64,000 bases of DNA, from the NCBI GenBank assembly GCA_030265395.1, contig JARFYF010000054.1, positions 22,692,297 to 22,756,296 of the forward strand. Reading direction: 5' to 3'. Position numbers and translations under genes: made by a program. Positions 50,911 to 63,646 of this stretch are shown here, piece by piece. This DNA is from Rhina ancylostomus (taxonomy: Eukaryota). Positions within the stretch are counted from its first letter, which is position 1. Every line of letters begins with the position of its first letter. The notes beneath the pieces were generated by a model that saw only the letters and a list, made by a program, of their open reading frames with translations, was not told where the DNA came from and ran no database searches.

Positions 50911-52689
50911 TCTAATATACATGTAGAAAAGCAGTCATTTCCTGTTGTTTCTTTCCATCATTGGAGAAGCAATTGATTTATAAACATCCGCCAATCTAGT
51001 GAGGAACTTCTATCTTCTACTTGACCTCAGGGTATATGTAAACAGAATTAGCTTCTAATTGACCTCTTTGTAACAATTAAACCTGGCGACCTTAAGAACT
51101 ATCAACATGCATTTTATATAGTGCCTTCACCATTGGAGAAATGACCCAAGGAATTTGACCTGCAGAGGAGAACAAGGTCAGTCTTTTAAATAAGATGGTG
51201 ATGAAGTTGTGGAGCAAATTAATAAAAGAGGAAGTGGAGCTGTATACCTTAGGCTTTATTGATGGATTCTATGAATTACTTCTAAGAGCAGGGCACTGAG
51301 ATGTAAATTTTTGAATAATGAGTATCTGGAATATTTATGATACTTTGATAAATACAGTTCAACATTGCTATTAGTTTCTAGTTCATTGTTGACTACCAAG
51401 GTGAGGCAGCAGTAAAAGGAAATGGCTTTGAAAACTCACATGGCTAATAATCAGTTATAAAAACTGTTGTAGCAAGTAATATCTTTACACGTACAACCAT
51501 TAAGCTCAGGTAACTTTTTATAACCAGATTTTCTAACCTTATCTAAAGGGCTAAATGCTACATACTTACAATATGCCATCAGCTAGTTATGCTCTGTTGT
51601 GTTGCATAATCCAGCTATGGAAAGTACCTCAGCATGTTAACGTTCATCACAGAATTGTTTTGGATCATCACGTTGTGGATAGGTGGTTTCAAAACTGCTT
51701 CTTAAATTAATGTTCAAGGAAGTCAATAAAACTTGAGAAATTATTTACAAAAGAGAAGAAAGCTGTGACTAGGAACCCCTCTAAAAACACTGATTAACAA
51801 ATGTTAGCGTAATTAATTTTTAAAGAAGGCTGTATTTTGCTTGTTAAATCCTTGTTAATTTGATCAATGTGGAACACCTGAATATTGAACCATGTCCTTT
51901 TCCTACCAACCAAAGCTGATATTTTACATTCACCATTTTAGATATGAGAGGAGATAAGGTTCTGACCTAAGTGATCAGGAAGTTTCAGTGGTTTGATCAA
52001 ACATCCTAAAGTCTTGATAGTTACGAAAGCAATAGTTATAGAAACACTGGGACTCACGCAGAGCACTGCTGGCATTGACTAGTTGGGCCAGATGGCCTGT
52101 TTTCATGCTGCAGCCAGTGTAACCAATGATGCAACGAATTAATTAATGCAGAAGTTGAGTTCCATCTTCCTGTTATAACATTGTCGTGTTTCACCATTCT
52201 TCGTGTGTATCTGGAGCTCTTGAACAAACAAATGGCAATTTTGTGAACCGCATCATTCCGTGATAAACAACTCAAAACTCAAAGGAATTTATGCCTTTGC
52301 ATTACATGTCAATAATGAAATCATCAAGCTTGTTTGTGGCTTTATGAAGAATGTGTATAGGATTCATTCATGAAATAGTTCACGATTATCAAAGTATTTC
52401 AAAACTGCAAATGAAATGATAAAGTGTTGAAATACAGGGAAGTTTCTCTTGCTGTACCTTTCCAACACACTGCTCTTGTTGAGGAAAAGTATGACCATTT
52501 TGCTAAACCACCGACATCCAATGTTTATTATGATAAAGGCCAGTTAAAAACACCTTGTAAGTCAACTTTAGATGAGCAATTACTAAGTAAGAGCCAAGCA
52601 AGAAATGAAACCTCTCTGTGATCCTGATGATGGAAAAGATAAATCATCTGAAAGATTTTAGAATATAATTGTACCTTGTGTCCTATATT

Positions 52690-52855
52690 AATCCAGCATT
52701 TCTTAAAAAGGATTATCTGTTCATTACCACATTACAGTTTGTGGAAGCTTGCTGTCCATCTATTGACCACCACATTTTGTGAATTATGACAGTGAAAACA
52801 TTCAAACTTATTTTGTTGTCCAAAAAGTGCTTTGGGATTTTGTAAAAGGGATATA
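52690..52855 (+). mobile_element. SacSINE1-like 3' fragment
   Basis: 'ggattatctgttcattaccacattacagtttgtggaagcttgctgt..gacagtgaaaacattcaaa..aagtgctttgggat'. Confidence 0.75.
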
Positions 52856-53257
52856 AGTGACCAGAATTGAACTTAAAAATTTGAGGTTGACATTGTCCTT
52901 ATAAATATATACACATGAAATATACATCCTCCTGCCACTTGATTTAGAAGCATAATTTCACATTCTTTACAAAAATTTGCTTGATTAAGATTTACTCTGC
53001 ATCAAGAACAATATTGTTTTGTAATAAAATTTCACTTGTGTCCAACTACATTTAGTGGAAGTTTGCTGTTGAGTAATAATGATGGTCAAAGTACTCAGTG
53101 TGAAGTATAGTATTTGGAAATATAATATATCTTTTATTTGATCGCCACAGGTTTTTTGAGTTGCATATAATTCTTTGTCATGTGATAGATGCAGTTTTTA
53201 AAATCATGTATTAAATAATTCATATTTTCTTTGCTAATCTTATAAATCCTGTCTGCT

Positions 53258-53542
53258 TAGTGTTGCAGTTAGCATAACGCCTTACAGCGCCAGCGACCCG
53301 GGTTCAAATCCGGCCGCTGTCTGTAAGGTGTTTGTACGTGCTCCCCATGTTTGCGTGGGTTTCCTCCGAGTGCTCCAGTTTCCTCCCACATTCCAAAGAT
53401 GTACAGGTTAGGAACTTGTGGGCATGCTATCTTGGCGCCAGAATAGTGGCAACACTTGTGGCCTGTCCCCAGAACACAATGCAAAAAATTGTATTTCACT
53501 GTGTGTTTCAATGTACATGTGACTAATAAAGATATCTTATCT
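53258..53542 (+). mobile_element. Young, near-complete V-SINE with non-HER1 tail
   Basis: A/B-box head 'tagtgttgcagttagcataacg..cccgggttcaaatcc', V-domain 'gcgtgggtttcctccgagtgctccagtttcctcccacattccaaaga', tail 'atgtacatgtgactaataaagatatcttatct'. Many CpGs retained. Confidence 0.93.
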
Positions 53543-54184
53543 ACCATTTTGGGTTCAGGAATGGTGTCATTTCCAGAGCAGTTCTACTTAAATAGGAGCT
53601 GCCTCATGCATTTCTCTACCCACTTGTACAGTACTGTAAACACTACAGTGTAATAATGGTATGACTTTGTGACTTGAACAGGATATTTGCATCTTTCATG
53701 TGTATAACTTTATTTTGGCAAACTGAGTAAACACTCAGTGAGACAGTACTGTATGCAAGCTTTATTTCATGGTGAGATAAGTGTATAAAACAGCAGTTAT
53801 CATCAGCTCACTTAATTCAATCACCACAATTTATCTTTGCTGTAATAAAGAAATGAAGAAATTATTCTGTTTCCCTGCATCAATGGGTTGTCTTAGTCGA
53901 TTTAAGCAAGATGACTGTTAAATTCTTGGCATTTTTTGGCCTTGGCTATCCAGCTCCTTCACAGTACGCAACTGGTGACTGCCCTTGAACGAAGGGCATT
54001 TAGGTTAATGCACCTAACCTTTGTGTTAGTGTTAGGCATTTTTTAACAGTGTAAGAAATTGACTGTCATTTGCAGCCTTATGGGCAAAGACTTGTGAACA
54101 CTAAATCATTGCCATCTTAACACTCTATCAGCTCACAGCTTTTGTTCACACTTTTGATTAAATGTACTGAACTTTTAAAAAAAA

Positions 54185-54415
54185 ATCCAGCATTAAGAGT
54201 AAAACCATAAATTCTGTGCATTCTCAGTGGGTCAGTCAGCATCTATGGAGAGAGAAGCAGAGTTAATGTTTCAAGTCAGTGATCATCAGAATTAATGTTT
54301 CTGGTCATTAGTTCAGGAATTAATTCAGTTTCTTCTCCACAGATGCTACTTAACCTGCTGAGTAACCCCAATATTTTCTTTTACTTCAGATTTCCAGCAT
54401 TTGAAGTAGTTGCTT
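54185..54415. mobile_element. Palindromic Penelope-derived element
   Basis: 'ctcagtgggtcagtcagcatctatggagagagaagcagagttaatgtttcaagtc' ... inverted 'ttaattcagtttcttctccacagatgctacttaacctgctgagt..tcagatttccagcatttg'. Confidence 0.8.
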
Positions 54416-54654
54416 GAACATTACGAGTAATTCTTTTTTGAATAATGGTCAAATAAATCCTGAAATCTAACTGCTGTTTATATTGTTTAAGTTGTTCCTT
54501 ATTAATGCAGTTGGAGGGTAATGAGACTTCGCAGCTGGTTAGAGCAGTAGATCCGTGGTTGTCAGTTCATCGAGATTTATACTTCATTTATTTTTTAAGT
54601 GTGTTATTAGGAATACAATATATTATTTTTTGCATCACTTAATCAAACCATCAC

Positions 54655-54890
54655 CAACAGCAGCAATTCGTATTTGTATAAACATTGTATAAAATAACAT
54701 CTCTAAAGCTTTTCACAGGTTTGTTATCCAACAAAATTTGGCAGCAAGTGATAAAAGAAACTGCTCAGACAGATGCCAAAAGCTTAGTCAAAGAGCAAGA
54801 TTTTAAAGTGTGGATGAGTGGACAGGAGGGGCAGAGATGTTTTGGAATGGATTCCAGTGCTTGGGGGCAATGCAGCTAAAAGCACAGCCT
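54655..54890 (-). mobile_element. LINE (L2/CR1 group) 3' fragment
   Basis: 'cagcaattcgtatttgtataaacatt..catctctaaagcttttcacagg..gccaaaagcttagtcaaagag..ttccagtgcttggggg..cagctaaaagcacagcc'. Confidence 0.75.
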
Positions 54891-55829
54891 GCAGTATTCC
54901 ATCCCAGGCAACACCTTGGTGAATCTACTCTGCACCACCCCCAGTTCTATCGTCTTTCCTGAAAGTCTGGTGACCAATGGACAACATAGTGGGAGGTTGC
55001 TTTGGTGATAATATTCTCCTGAACAAAACAATCACTATTCTAAGATAGTCCTCTGCAAATATGCCCAACGTTGAAGTAAATATAGGCAATTACCTAACTG
55101 TATATGGTCTCTGGATGTGATCCAATATGATCCAAATTCTGCCAAAATCAAAGTTACATCACCTCACCTTTAGTGTGCTGGCTGGGTTTTCTATGTGATG
55201 TGCTGGGTGAAACCTTCTGGTGAGATTTGTCATGTTGTGTTACATTATAGGAGGAAGGATTTCATCTGAATTTAGCTCCCTTCGGTGTTTCAGTGGTTTT
55301 CCACATCTTATCTGGAGAATGGAACCAACTGCCTCTCATGTGATTAAATCCTTGCCTGTTTACTTTTTTCATGGGTCAGCTTTAGCTGCATCAATTTTTT
55401 GAGGCAGGAATTAAACTCAAAGTAAATTTCTGAATGCATACTCAATTGCTGGGAGCACATAGTGGAAACGACAATGCTTCCCTCCATGATTTTTCTGTCC
55501 AATTAAGTAGACAAGTATTGGCAATGCCCTCTCAGTTACCCACTGTGTGCTGCTAGTGGTCTAGTCCCTTTGCCAGGAGCTCATTTGTAAAATTTAATCT
55601 AGTATGCCCACTTTGATTTTTTTTATTTTAACATAACTTCATAAACCTTTCTCTGTCCTCTAATGGTCTGCATTTATGAAGAAGAATTTTCAGATTTCCA
55701 TCTCACCATTTCTCAGTTAAAATTTTGTTAAGTATTCCTCAAATATTCTTTCCAGTAATGACCTAACCTTGTATCTACCCCTCCAGTTTATTTATGTGTA
55801 ATTTATTGTATTTATTTCTGGAAATCTTC

Positions 55830-56230
55830 TAATTGCATACCTGCCGTTCAAATTTCGGAAGGCTGCATCGAAGTAGACAAGCTTTGTGAATCCAAGCCAT
55901 TGTAAGTTGGTAGGCAAAAACTGCCCTCTTGATTTGTAGCTGAAAATATAGATTAAAATTTGCCATTTATTTGGTGACAGAAAGCTTTGTTAATATGCTG
56001 CAATCTATAAAACAAATTCAGTACAGACAAGGTTAAAGTCAAACCCCTAATTACAGAATGAAAGGTTGTCCTAATTGGCTCTCTTCACTGTAATTAGCAT
56101 GGATGATTCTAATCAGCTCATGTGAAACCAATCTAATGCTTTGGAAATAATGTCTTCAGTTTTGCTTTCCAACTACACTGTTTTGTGAGGTATCTTTAAT
56201 GACAGTCATTAAACTATTGCAGTACCAGAG
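55830..56230. promoter_or_regulatory. Candidate conserved non-coding element
   Basis: No recognised repeat; CTAATTA, CTAATTG, GTAATTA and TGACAG words clustered. Conservation not tested. Confidence 0.35.
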
Positions 56231-56929
56231 ATGTACTATTCTGTTGTTCTTTGAATACTAAGTGCTTTTTCTCTGACCATGGTGTACTATTGTGAGAGAT
56301 TTTTAGAGAATTAGTTACCAGCATTTCAGAAGGGGTGAGACATTGGCTCACTCCTTGAGATATAATGTGAGATGTATGAGTTTATGGCTAATATGGTAAT
56401 ATATTTGGGTATCCTAGCCAGATACCTTAATTTTTTTCTTATTGGACTGATGCGATATATTTTGGGACTTAAAGTAGGGTTGAATAATAGTCATTTGAAG
56501 GGTCATGAAGGTGAGACTTTTAAAAGTCATTCTTTGCTGTTATTTTCCTTTAATCTAACTCATGCATTATTGACTTCCTGAGATATGATTAATTATTCAT
56601 ATTTTTGATATATGTATTTATATATAAAAATTTAAAAATGTTTCACGTAGCAATTTTAAATTCAGCATAATAATGTAGAACAATTAAAACTATCTGCACT
56701 ATTTAGGTATTAGTTATTCACTAACTGAAAGAAAATTCCTTTAATCAATCTGCAAAGTGTAAATATAAATGCCTTGGTATTTCCAATTGAACCATAAAGA
56801 AGTACTCCAAAAGAAGTAATGTTCCTATTTTGTATTGTAGCGACAGAAAGATCCTTAGAAACAATTACCTGGAGGAATTCTTATATTAGAATGTTAATGC
56901 AAGACCACAATTGCCCTATTCCAGTTTGT

Positions 56930-57240
56930 ATTAGCTACTGTTGTGTCCCTCTTTCAGATGAGACATTAATACGAGGTTTTGTTTGATTTCTGAGGTAGAT
57001 GTTAAAGATCCTACAGCATGAGTTTGAAGAAAAACAAGGAATTATTGTTGATCTCTTAGTGAATACTTATTCTGAAGCCAACATTACTGAAACAAGTTAT
57101 CTGGTTATTTTCCTCTTGTTGTGAGCGGGAGCTTTCTATGCACAATTACTCCTTTTACTGTTGAAAGTTGGCTGTAAACCACTTTGAGACATCTTGAAAG
57201 GGGATGAAAAATGCCATGTAAATGCAAAGCTTTTTCTTTC
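56930..57240 (+). mobile_element. SacSINE1-like Deu-domain SINE (3' portion)
   Basis: 'ctttcagatgagacattaatacgagg..aggtagatgttaaagatcctacagca..tttgaagaa..ttatctggttatt..ttggctgtaaaccactttgagacatcttga..atgtaaatgcaaagc'. Confidence 0.85.
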
Positions 57241-57619
57241 CATGTAATAGGGCCACATAGAGCCAATTAATCACAGAACCAATTAACCAGAGAAACAATT
57301 AATCGCAAAGAAATCTTGTTGCGCCTTTCATACTACAAAAGAAAATAATTATGAACATCAATTTCAGAGCACATTTACTCATTTACAGATATTTTTAAAT
57401 TGCTCACTATTCTTAATTTCTTTGGTTCTGGCATCTTCCACAAATGTATAGTGATAAAAGAATTGAAGAATTGGTACATATTATGCAGTGGTTCTAACGT
57501 GGTGAGATACTCCAGAGTGCATTAAAGACAATTTTGAAGTATAATCTCTTCAGTAATAAAGGAAGCATGGGATCCAATAGAAAGTAACTGCAAATTTCAA
57601 TATATTAATAATGAAATCA

Positions 57620-57850
57620 TCTCAATTGTTTGTAGTTTTGTTGACTGAGGGATAATTATCAACCAGAAGCTCCCTTGCTCCTTAAAATTGAACCACAGAA
57701 GTTTTAAAGAGGGTGGGCAGGATTTTTTTTCCAACATCTCATCTGAACGATGGCACCTGCAGAGATGCAGCATTCTCGCAGTGCTGCCCGAGCAACAAGC
57801 TAGATTGTCTGTGACTTGAACCCACAACTTTCTGTCTCTCCAGCAAGACG
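57620..57850 (-). mobile_element. SacSINE1-like Deu-domain SINE
   Basis: 'gttgactgagggataattat..aacatctcatctgaacgatggcacctgcagagatgcagcattctcgcagtgctgc..gacttgaacccacaactttctg'. Confidence 0.8.
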
Positions 57851-59164
57851 GAGTCACATTTCAAGCCGTGAAAAGATCAGTAAATGCAAAACTACTTTAT
57901 TGCTTCCAATAATAGCAAGTCCTGCAACCCAGTCATAACCATGGTGGATTTTGGTATTAAATCTGCCCACGTGAATGCCAGTACATGTGAGATTCTGTGC
58001 AGTTGTGGAGTTTCCCATCTTGCTGGCCGACCTCCACTGCCTGTGTGTAGATGCTTGGCTCAGCATGGAGTCCAGTGGGGTAGAAACAGCTCACTGGGAT
58101 TCCCCAATATTTCCAATGGGGAAATCTGCTCTCAGACCCTGCACCAGCTGAATGATAGCTACAGGACTGAAAGGAAGAAAGGAGAAAACAAGATTGTTTC
58201 CTACTTTTTAAAAATGATTTTTGTTTGCTTTCATGTTTTTATTCATATGAATTAATTTTACTTTTTAATTTTTAAAGCATTAAATTGTTTATTTACTACT
58301 GTTTTTAAATACTTCTGAATATCCAGGGCATTCAGAAGCAGTGAGAAACCTTGACAGTTTTGATAGATGGTATGAAGTAGGGGCCATATTAGCAAAATGT
58401 TACCGAAAGATTTTTGTGAGTGGGGCTTGTAGTATTACCTTTGCATGAGGCCCTGCCGTTACCCAAGACCTCACCATTTTCTCCAGGACCAGCTCAGCAA
58501 GTAATGTTGGCTGTACAGCTGCTGAACAGGTAAGTTCAGAACAGAGAGGATTGTGAGCTGTGAATGTAGAACCCATCAAGGAAAAGCTAAGCCCATACTG
58601 TCTTTTTTGACCACTAGCTTTTCCTGCGGAGAAATATAAGTTAGGAGACTGCTTCTGCCAAAGATTTGACAATAGGTATGAGTTCCACATTGGATTTGGA
58701 GAGTAGCAATCCTGCCAGTCTATATTTAGATTATTTTGACAAGTAAACAAATGTCATAAAAAGTTATTCCATGCCACTAGATAGACATTTGAAGCAGTGA
58801 AGGAGTCAGCAGCTTGATTGCATAACTTGATATAAAGAGAGATTGCACAGGACAGTATTAGTTACAGAAAGGAAATCAATGAAAATGGAAAGAGATATCT
58901 GCATTAGGCCTGTATAATTGTTAAATTACAGTAGAGTTACTCAAATAGTTTTTGTATTTGGTCTTCCTGGCATTTTTCTTCATATTCATTTCCTCAAGGA
59001 AACATCAATCACAGAAAGGTTAAATTAATCAGGCTCGAGATTCTTTCAATGATCATTTGCACCACAACTGATGGTATGTTAGTTACAGGCTCACTAATTT
59101 TCATGCAGAAGCTTCTGTCTCAAGATTGCACTGATGAAATACTTCAGAATGAATGCAGAGAAAA

Positions 59165-59750
59165 ACAAACAACAACTTCCATTTATACTGGCTGTTTAAT
59201 GAGGCCTCCAAAGATGTTTCACAGGAGAAGTTATCAAAGGGAACTAAGGAAAGGCAGGGAAGATGACAAAAGCTAGGTCAAAGTGGAATGTTTCAAGGAG
59301 CTTCTTCAAGGAGGAAAGAAGTGAAGAGGTTGTGGGAGGGAGTTACAGAACTCAAGGTCTTTGCAACTAATCCAGTGATTATGAATCAGTTAAATTCTGG
59401 AATACACAAGAGGTCAGAAGCAGAGTAGCGCAGATATTTCTGAAAGTTGTAGGCTGGAGGAGACAGAAACAAGGATTATGGCCATGAAGGAACTTAAAAA
59501 TAGTGGTGAGAATTTTAGAAGCCAGGTGTTGATTAATGGCAAATTAATGTTGATCAACAAGTATAGAGTTGTAAGGAAAATGGATATTTTTGCAATTTAG
59601 GGCAAGGATAGCAGAGTTTAGGATGACCTCGGGTTTCCTAACAGTCAGAAAAAGAAGCCTAGCCAGGAGTCTGTTTTGATTCGTCATGTTCAGAGGTAAC
59701 TGAGGCACAGATGGAGATTTCAGCAGCAGATCAGCTGAGACAAGTCCAGA
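59165..59750 (-). mobile_element. LINE (L2/CR1 group) 3' fragment
   Basis: 'aacaacaacttccatttatactgg..ccaaagatgtttcacaggag..aaaagctaggtcaaag..ggccatgaaggaactt..gagaattttag..gcagagtttaggatgacctc..atggagatttcagcagcagatcagctgag'. Confidence 0.8.
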
Positions 59751-61659
59751 AGCAAATATGTTGAAATTATTTAAAAGTTACATCGGTAGTAAGAGGTCTT
59801 TGTGATGACGTTGGATATCATAGCATGTGACTTACTGCTCCCTGGATTATTATTCATTGAATTTGCTTGAACGTGCTTGTCTATATGGAATAAGCACTCA
59901 GTGGAAATACATTGCCTGGTCCTCTGTAAATTCTTAAGAGAGTGAATAAAGGAAGATATGGAAACACTGAGTGGCAGTTGTTTTGGTTAAAAAGGACATC
60001 TTGTGAGAAATTAGAGATTACATTGCTGGTTACACCAAGAAATCCCACTGGACCAAATTAGTCGCATCACATGACTGGTCAAAGGCCTATGAGAGTAAGC
60101 AATAATTGTTTTGAATTTAGCCCAGTTAAGGCTCTAAAATGAACATCGCCCAGATTACTTGAGAAGAAAATAGGGTAACCATTGTTTTGCCTCTCATAAT
60201 ACTAATATTTATAGCAATCTATGTTACATGTCTACTTTATGATGGCAATAATTCACAGGAAGTTTAGTTCTCACCACAGTAAGGAAGTGAAATTAATAGC
60301 TGCAAAGCTAGAGAGATTTATGTGATTGATTAAGCTACGACAGAACAAGTCTGCAATAAAAGGCAGCAGCAAAATTAGTAATTATCATGGATTCAAATGA
60401 TTATGTGGACCACAGTTTCACTGACAAGTGAGTTATCCCACATTCTACCTGTATTATGGCCACTAAAATGCATTATTTGATAATTAACAGTTGAGTGACA
60501 TAAGTTATAGAGTGCAGCATTCACCTACACCATTCAGCAATCGTTTAAAAGTGCCAAACTGCAACACAATACATGTGTATTACAAAACCCAATTTTATTT
60601 CTTCAAATACCACACTGGTCTGGAATATAATTCAATGGAAACTCCACAAAACGACTGATCAGGTTCCAAATCCCTTAAGAAGAGAAATTTCTGAAAGTCC
60701 ATTCCTTATTTGGAACACATTAATTAAAGTGTTAAAGGTATGAAGTATTGATGTCTTTCCCCAGCCTTCCCCCAAGGTAATGTCTTGTACTTGTTCGGCC
60801 CTGAGGTATAGTTGCACTAACTGAAAAAGCCCCACTAAGACCAATTAAGGCCTTTACTAAGAGGCTGAGAGGAAGACAAATGGAGGTAGAAAGCCCGATT
60901 ACAAGGAACCTTTGTACAGATGTAAAGCAATTAGAAGAGTCTCTAGGGCCAGACAGAGCGGTACCTGCAAGTAATGGATCCTGCAGCTTGTCTAAACTTG
61001 GAACAATTCCTCTTTTTTTATGTGTTATGGGGATAAATGCAGCCTGGTAATAGTATCATGTAACAGTTGATAGTAGAGTATAGCTTTCCCGGGCCTACTG
61101 AAGTAGTGCTAGTTTCCTAAATGGTATTACTTTAACCTCAGAGTCCATCAGATTTGATCTACTCAATGTTATGCATCTTGCAGATTTTACTTACCTTAAT
61201 TAAGATCAGTGAGGAATGGATGAGTGAACAGCCAGTAATGAATTACTCTTGAAAGGACAAGTTTGTTGATCCATATTCTTGCAAATCTTTCAGCAATTCC
61301 TTAACCAAGGGATAGTAACAGCCCTCATTTAACAAAACCAAAATATGTTGAAATTATTTAAAAGTGACAATAAACCTTCAATGTAAAGAACTGAAAAAAT
61401 AATTAACACAGTGGAAAGATTAGCACCATTACTTGTTTTCAAAAATGGGACTGAACATTTCAAAGAAAACTTAACAAAAGATACAGTCTAATATCCCTAA
61501 TTTATTTAGGTTTCATTCTCTTGTTCATTATTGCGCAAGGAACAGATGTCAATGACTTTGGAGGAATTATCAGAATACATTGGGAGCTGATTTAATGCCT
61601 AAAAAATAAATAAAAAAGGAAATGTTTATTTATGGGGCTCCTTTGCACAGTGTTTCAAT

Positions 61660-62025
61660 CAATGAACAGTAATGCCTGTGGCTGCGCAGATTAATGTAGC
61701 AACCATTTTGCACACAGAAAGGTTCCACCAGAGTATCGTAGATTTACTGTAGTACAGAGGGAGGCCTTTGACCAGTTGAGTCCATGCTGGCTCCAAGCAG
61801 AGCAGTCTTGGGGATGTTTTCCCTTGATCATGGGATGTTCTAAAATTCATCCATGAGGGAAATTGGCGATCTTGGTTTCCTGTCTCATCCAAAAGGGAGC
61901 ACTACAAGCTGTGCACTGCTTTTTCTATGCTGCACAGGAACGTCTTGATTATGTGATCAAGTTCTGGATTGGATCTCAAAACCACAACATTCATACTCAG
62001 TGATGGGAGGTATAGCAGCTGATGT
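61660..62025 (-). mobile_element. Degraded SacSINE1-like SINE with inserted LINE-tail piece
   Basis: 'gtagcaaccattttgcacacagaaaggttccac' and 'gtctcatccaaaagggagcactac..gtgatcaagttctggattggatctcaaaaccacaac..actcagtga'; 61745-61800 resembles an inverted HER1 tail. Confidence 0.6.
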
Positions 62026-63189
62026 CTATTCAAGCTTTGTGAAAGTAAGAGAAGTTAACGAAAGAGTGATAGTTTGAGAAAGACTGTTGTCGTACATAAG
62101 TTCTATGCTTTAAAACTAATGCCTGGAATTTCATCCTTGACTGGTAGTGCTTAGTATACAAAATGGCAGTCGTTGTGTGTTTACTCTTTTTCTGAGATTT
62201 GGCTCCATTGAAGCCAAAATTTTGGATGCTACAGACAGAGCACAAATTTGTTTGGTTAAGAACAAATAAGAACAGAGGTCCCTGCATACTGTATATGAAA
62301 ACTGACTGAAACCATTGCTATCAGAAAAGCTATGACTTCTAAGTTTATTACAGAAGTCTGACTGAAACTGCCAAAAAGTTGAAGGATTTGATGCAGAGGA
62401 GGAGACTGATATGTTCCAACAACATACTTCAGTGGTGCTAAGTGGAAGTAATCTATTTAAGAAAACAAACTGAGTGACATTCCTCAGTGTGTCGCCTTTT
62501 CTACTTGAAACTCCATACCGTTGTAAGTGTCCCGATTAAGGAAAGGATAAATGTTCTTTTAACTGTTAGAGGATTGTTATTTCCTTTTAACAATCCATCA
62601 TTGCATACAGGCAGCAAGGCTCTTAAACTGTTGACACTAAGAATGATGAGCATGAGCTGGTGTCTGCTCCAGTCTGCAGACTTTCAGGAGCAACCTTATT
62701 CCAGAGCTTCTCAGTTACCTACTGTGCATTTTGAGAAAGCACCTGCAAGTCAATCTGTGTGAATCCCAGCCCCGTGGTTATGTGGTGCAGAAGACCAGGG
62801 CACCATTTTCTACACCAGTATCATGCAAGAGAGTCGAATTGTCAGAAGTAGGAGCTCTTCTTGTTTTCAAAAGTTTCTTCAGCCATTGGAATGATTGTGG
62901 CCTAACATCCTATGCTCACTGTGACATTTTTACATCATCTTTCTGACCCATTCAATGTCTTGGCGTGTTAAAAGCTCAACATAGGAGGCAACATCATAAT
63001 TGGATGAGTAGTTGTCAAAATCTAGTACATGCATAATGTTCCATTTCAAAAGAGGAGAGAATTTCCAAAAGGGAATAAATAAAAAGCAAGACAGTAAATA
63101 AAGTTATTTACATTGACCTGTTGCCTGTGTGAGAACACTTTAATTATGCAATGCAGACTGGTTGATTCCGTATGTAGTCATGAGGGCAG

Positions 63190-63646
63190 GGCGAAGGAGG
63201 GGTTAGACAAATTTGGGTTGTTTTCTCTGGATCTGCGGAGGCTGAGGGGAGATCTGATACAAGTTCATAAGACTATGAGAGTCATAGATGGAGTAGACAG
63301 CCCATATCTCTTTTTTCCAGGATCCAAATATCTGATACTGGAGGGCATGCATTTAAGGTGAGAGGGGGCAAGTTCAAAGGAGATGTGCGGGCAAGTTTTA
63401 TTTTACACAGAGTGGTGGGTGCCTGGAATCTGCTGCCAGGGATGGTGGGGAGACAAATACGATATGAGCGGCATTTAAGAGGCTGTGAGATAGGCACGTG
63501 AATGTCCAGAGAATGGAGGAATATGAATGTTGTGTTGGTAGAAGGGATTAGTTTAGTTAGGCATTTAACTACTAGTTTAATTAGTTCAGCACAACATTGT
63601 GGGCCGAAGGGCTTGTTCCTGTGCCGTACTGTTTTACATTCTATGA
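63190..63646 (+). mobile_element. HER1/CR1 LINE 3' end
   Basis: Encodes LDKFGLFSLDLRRLRGDLIQVHKTMR..D.VD; then 'tttacacagagtggtgggtgcctggaat..gggccgaagggcttgttcctgtgccgtactgttttacattctatg'. Confidence 0.95.

Noticed and set aside
53258-53320. tRNA gene
   Set aside because: The A/B boxes belong to a SINE head and there is no complete cloverleaf; the same holds for other SINE heads such as ~12375.
56991-57010. TGAGGTAG let-7 seed-like word (also at ~7833)
   Set aside because: Lies inside a Deu-SINE; the rest of let-7 and a precursor hairpin are absent.
57884-58255. 123-aa ORF as a gene
   Set aside because: No recognisable domain or splice context, and it runs into AT-rich low-complexity sequence.
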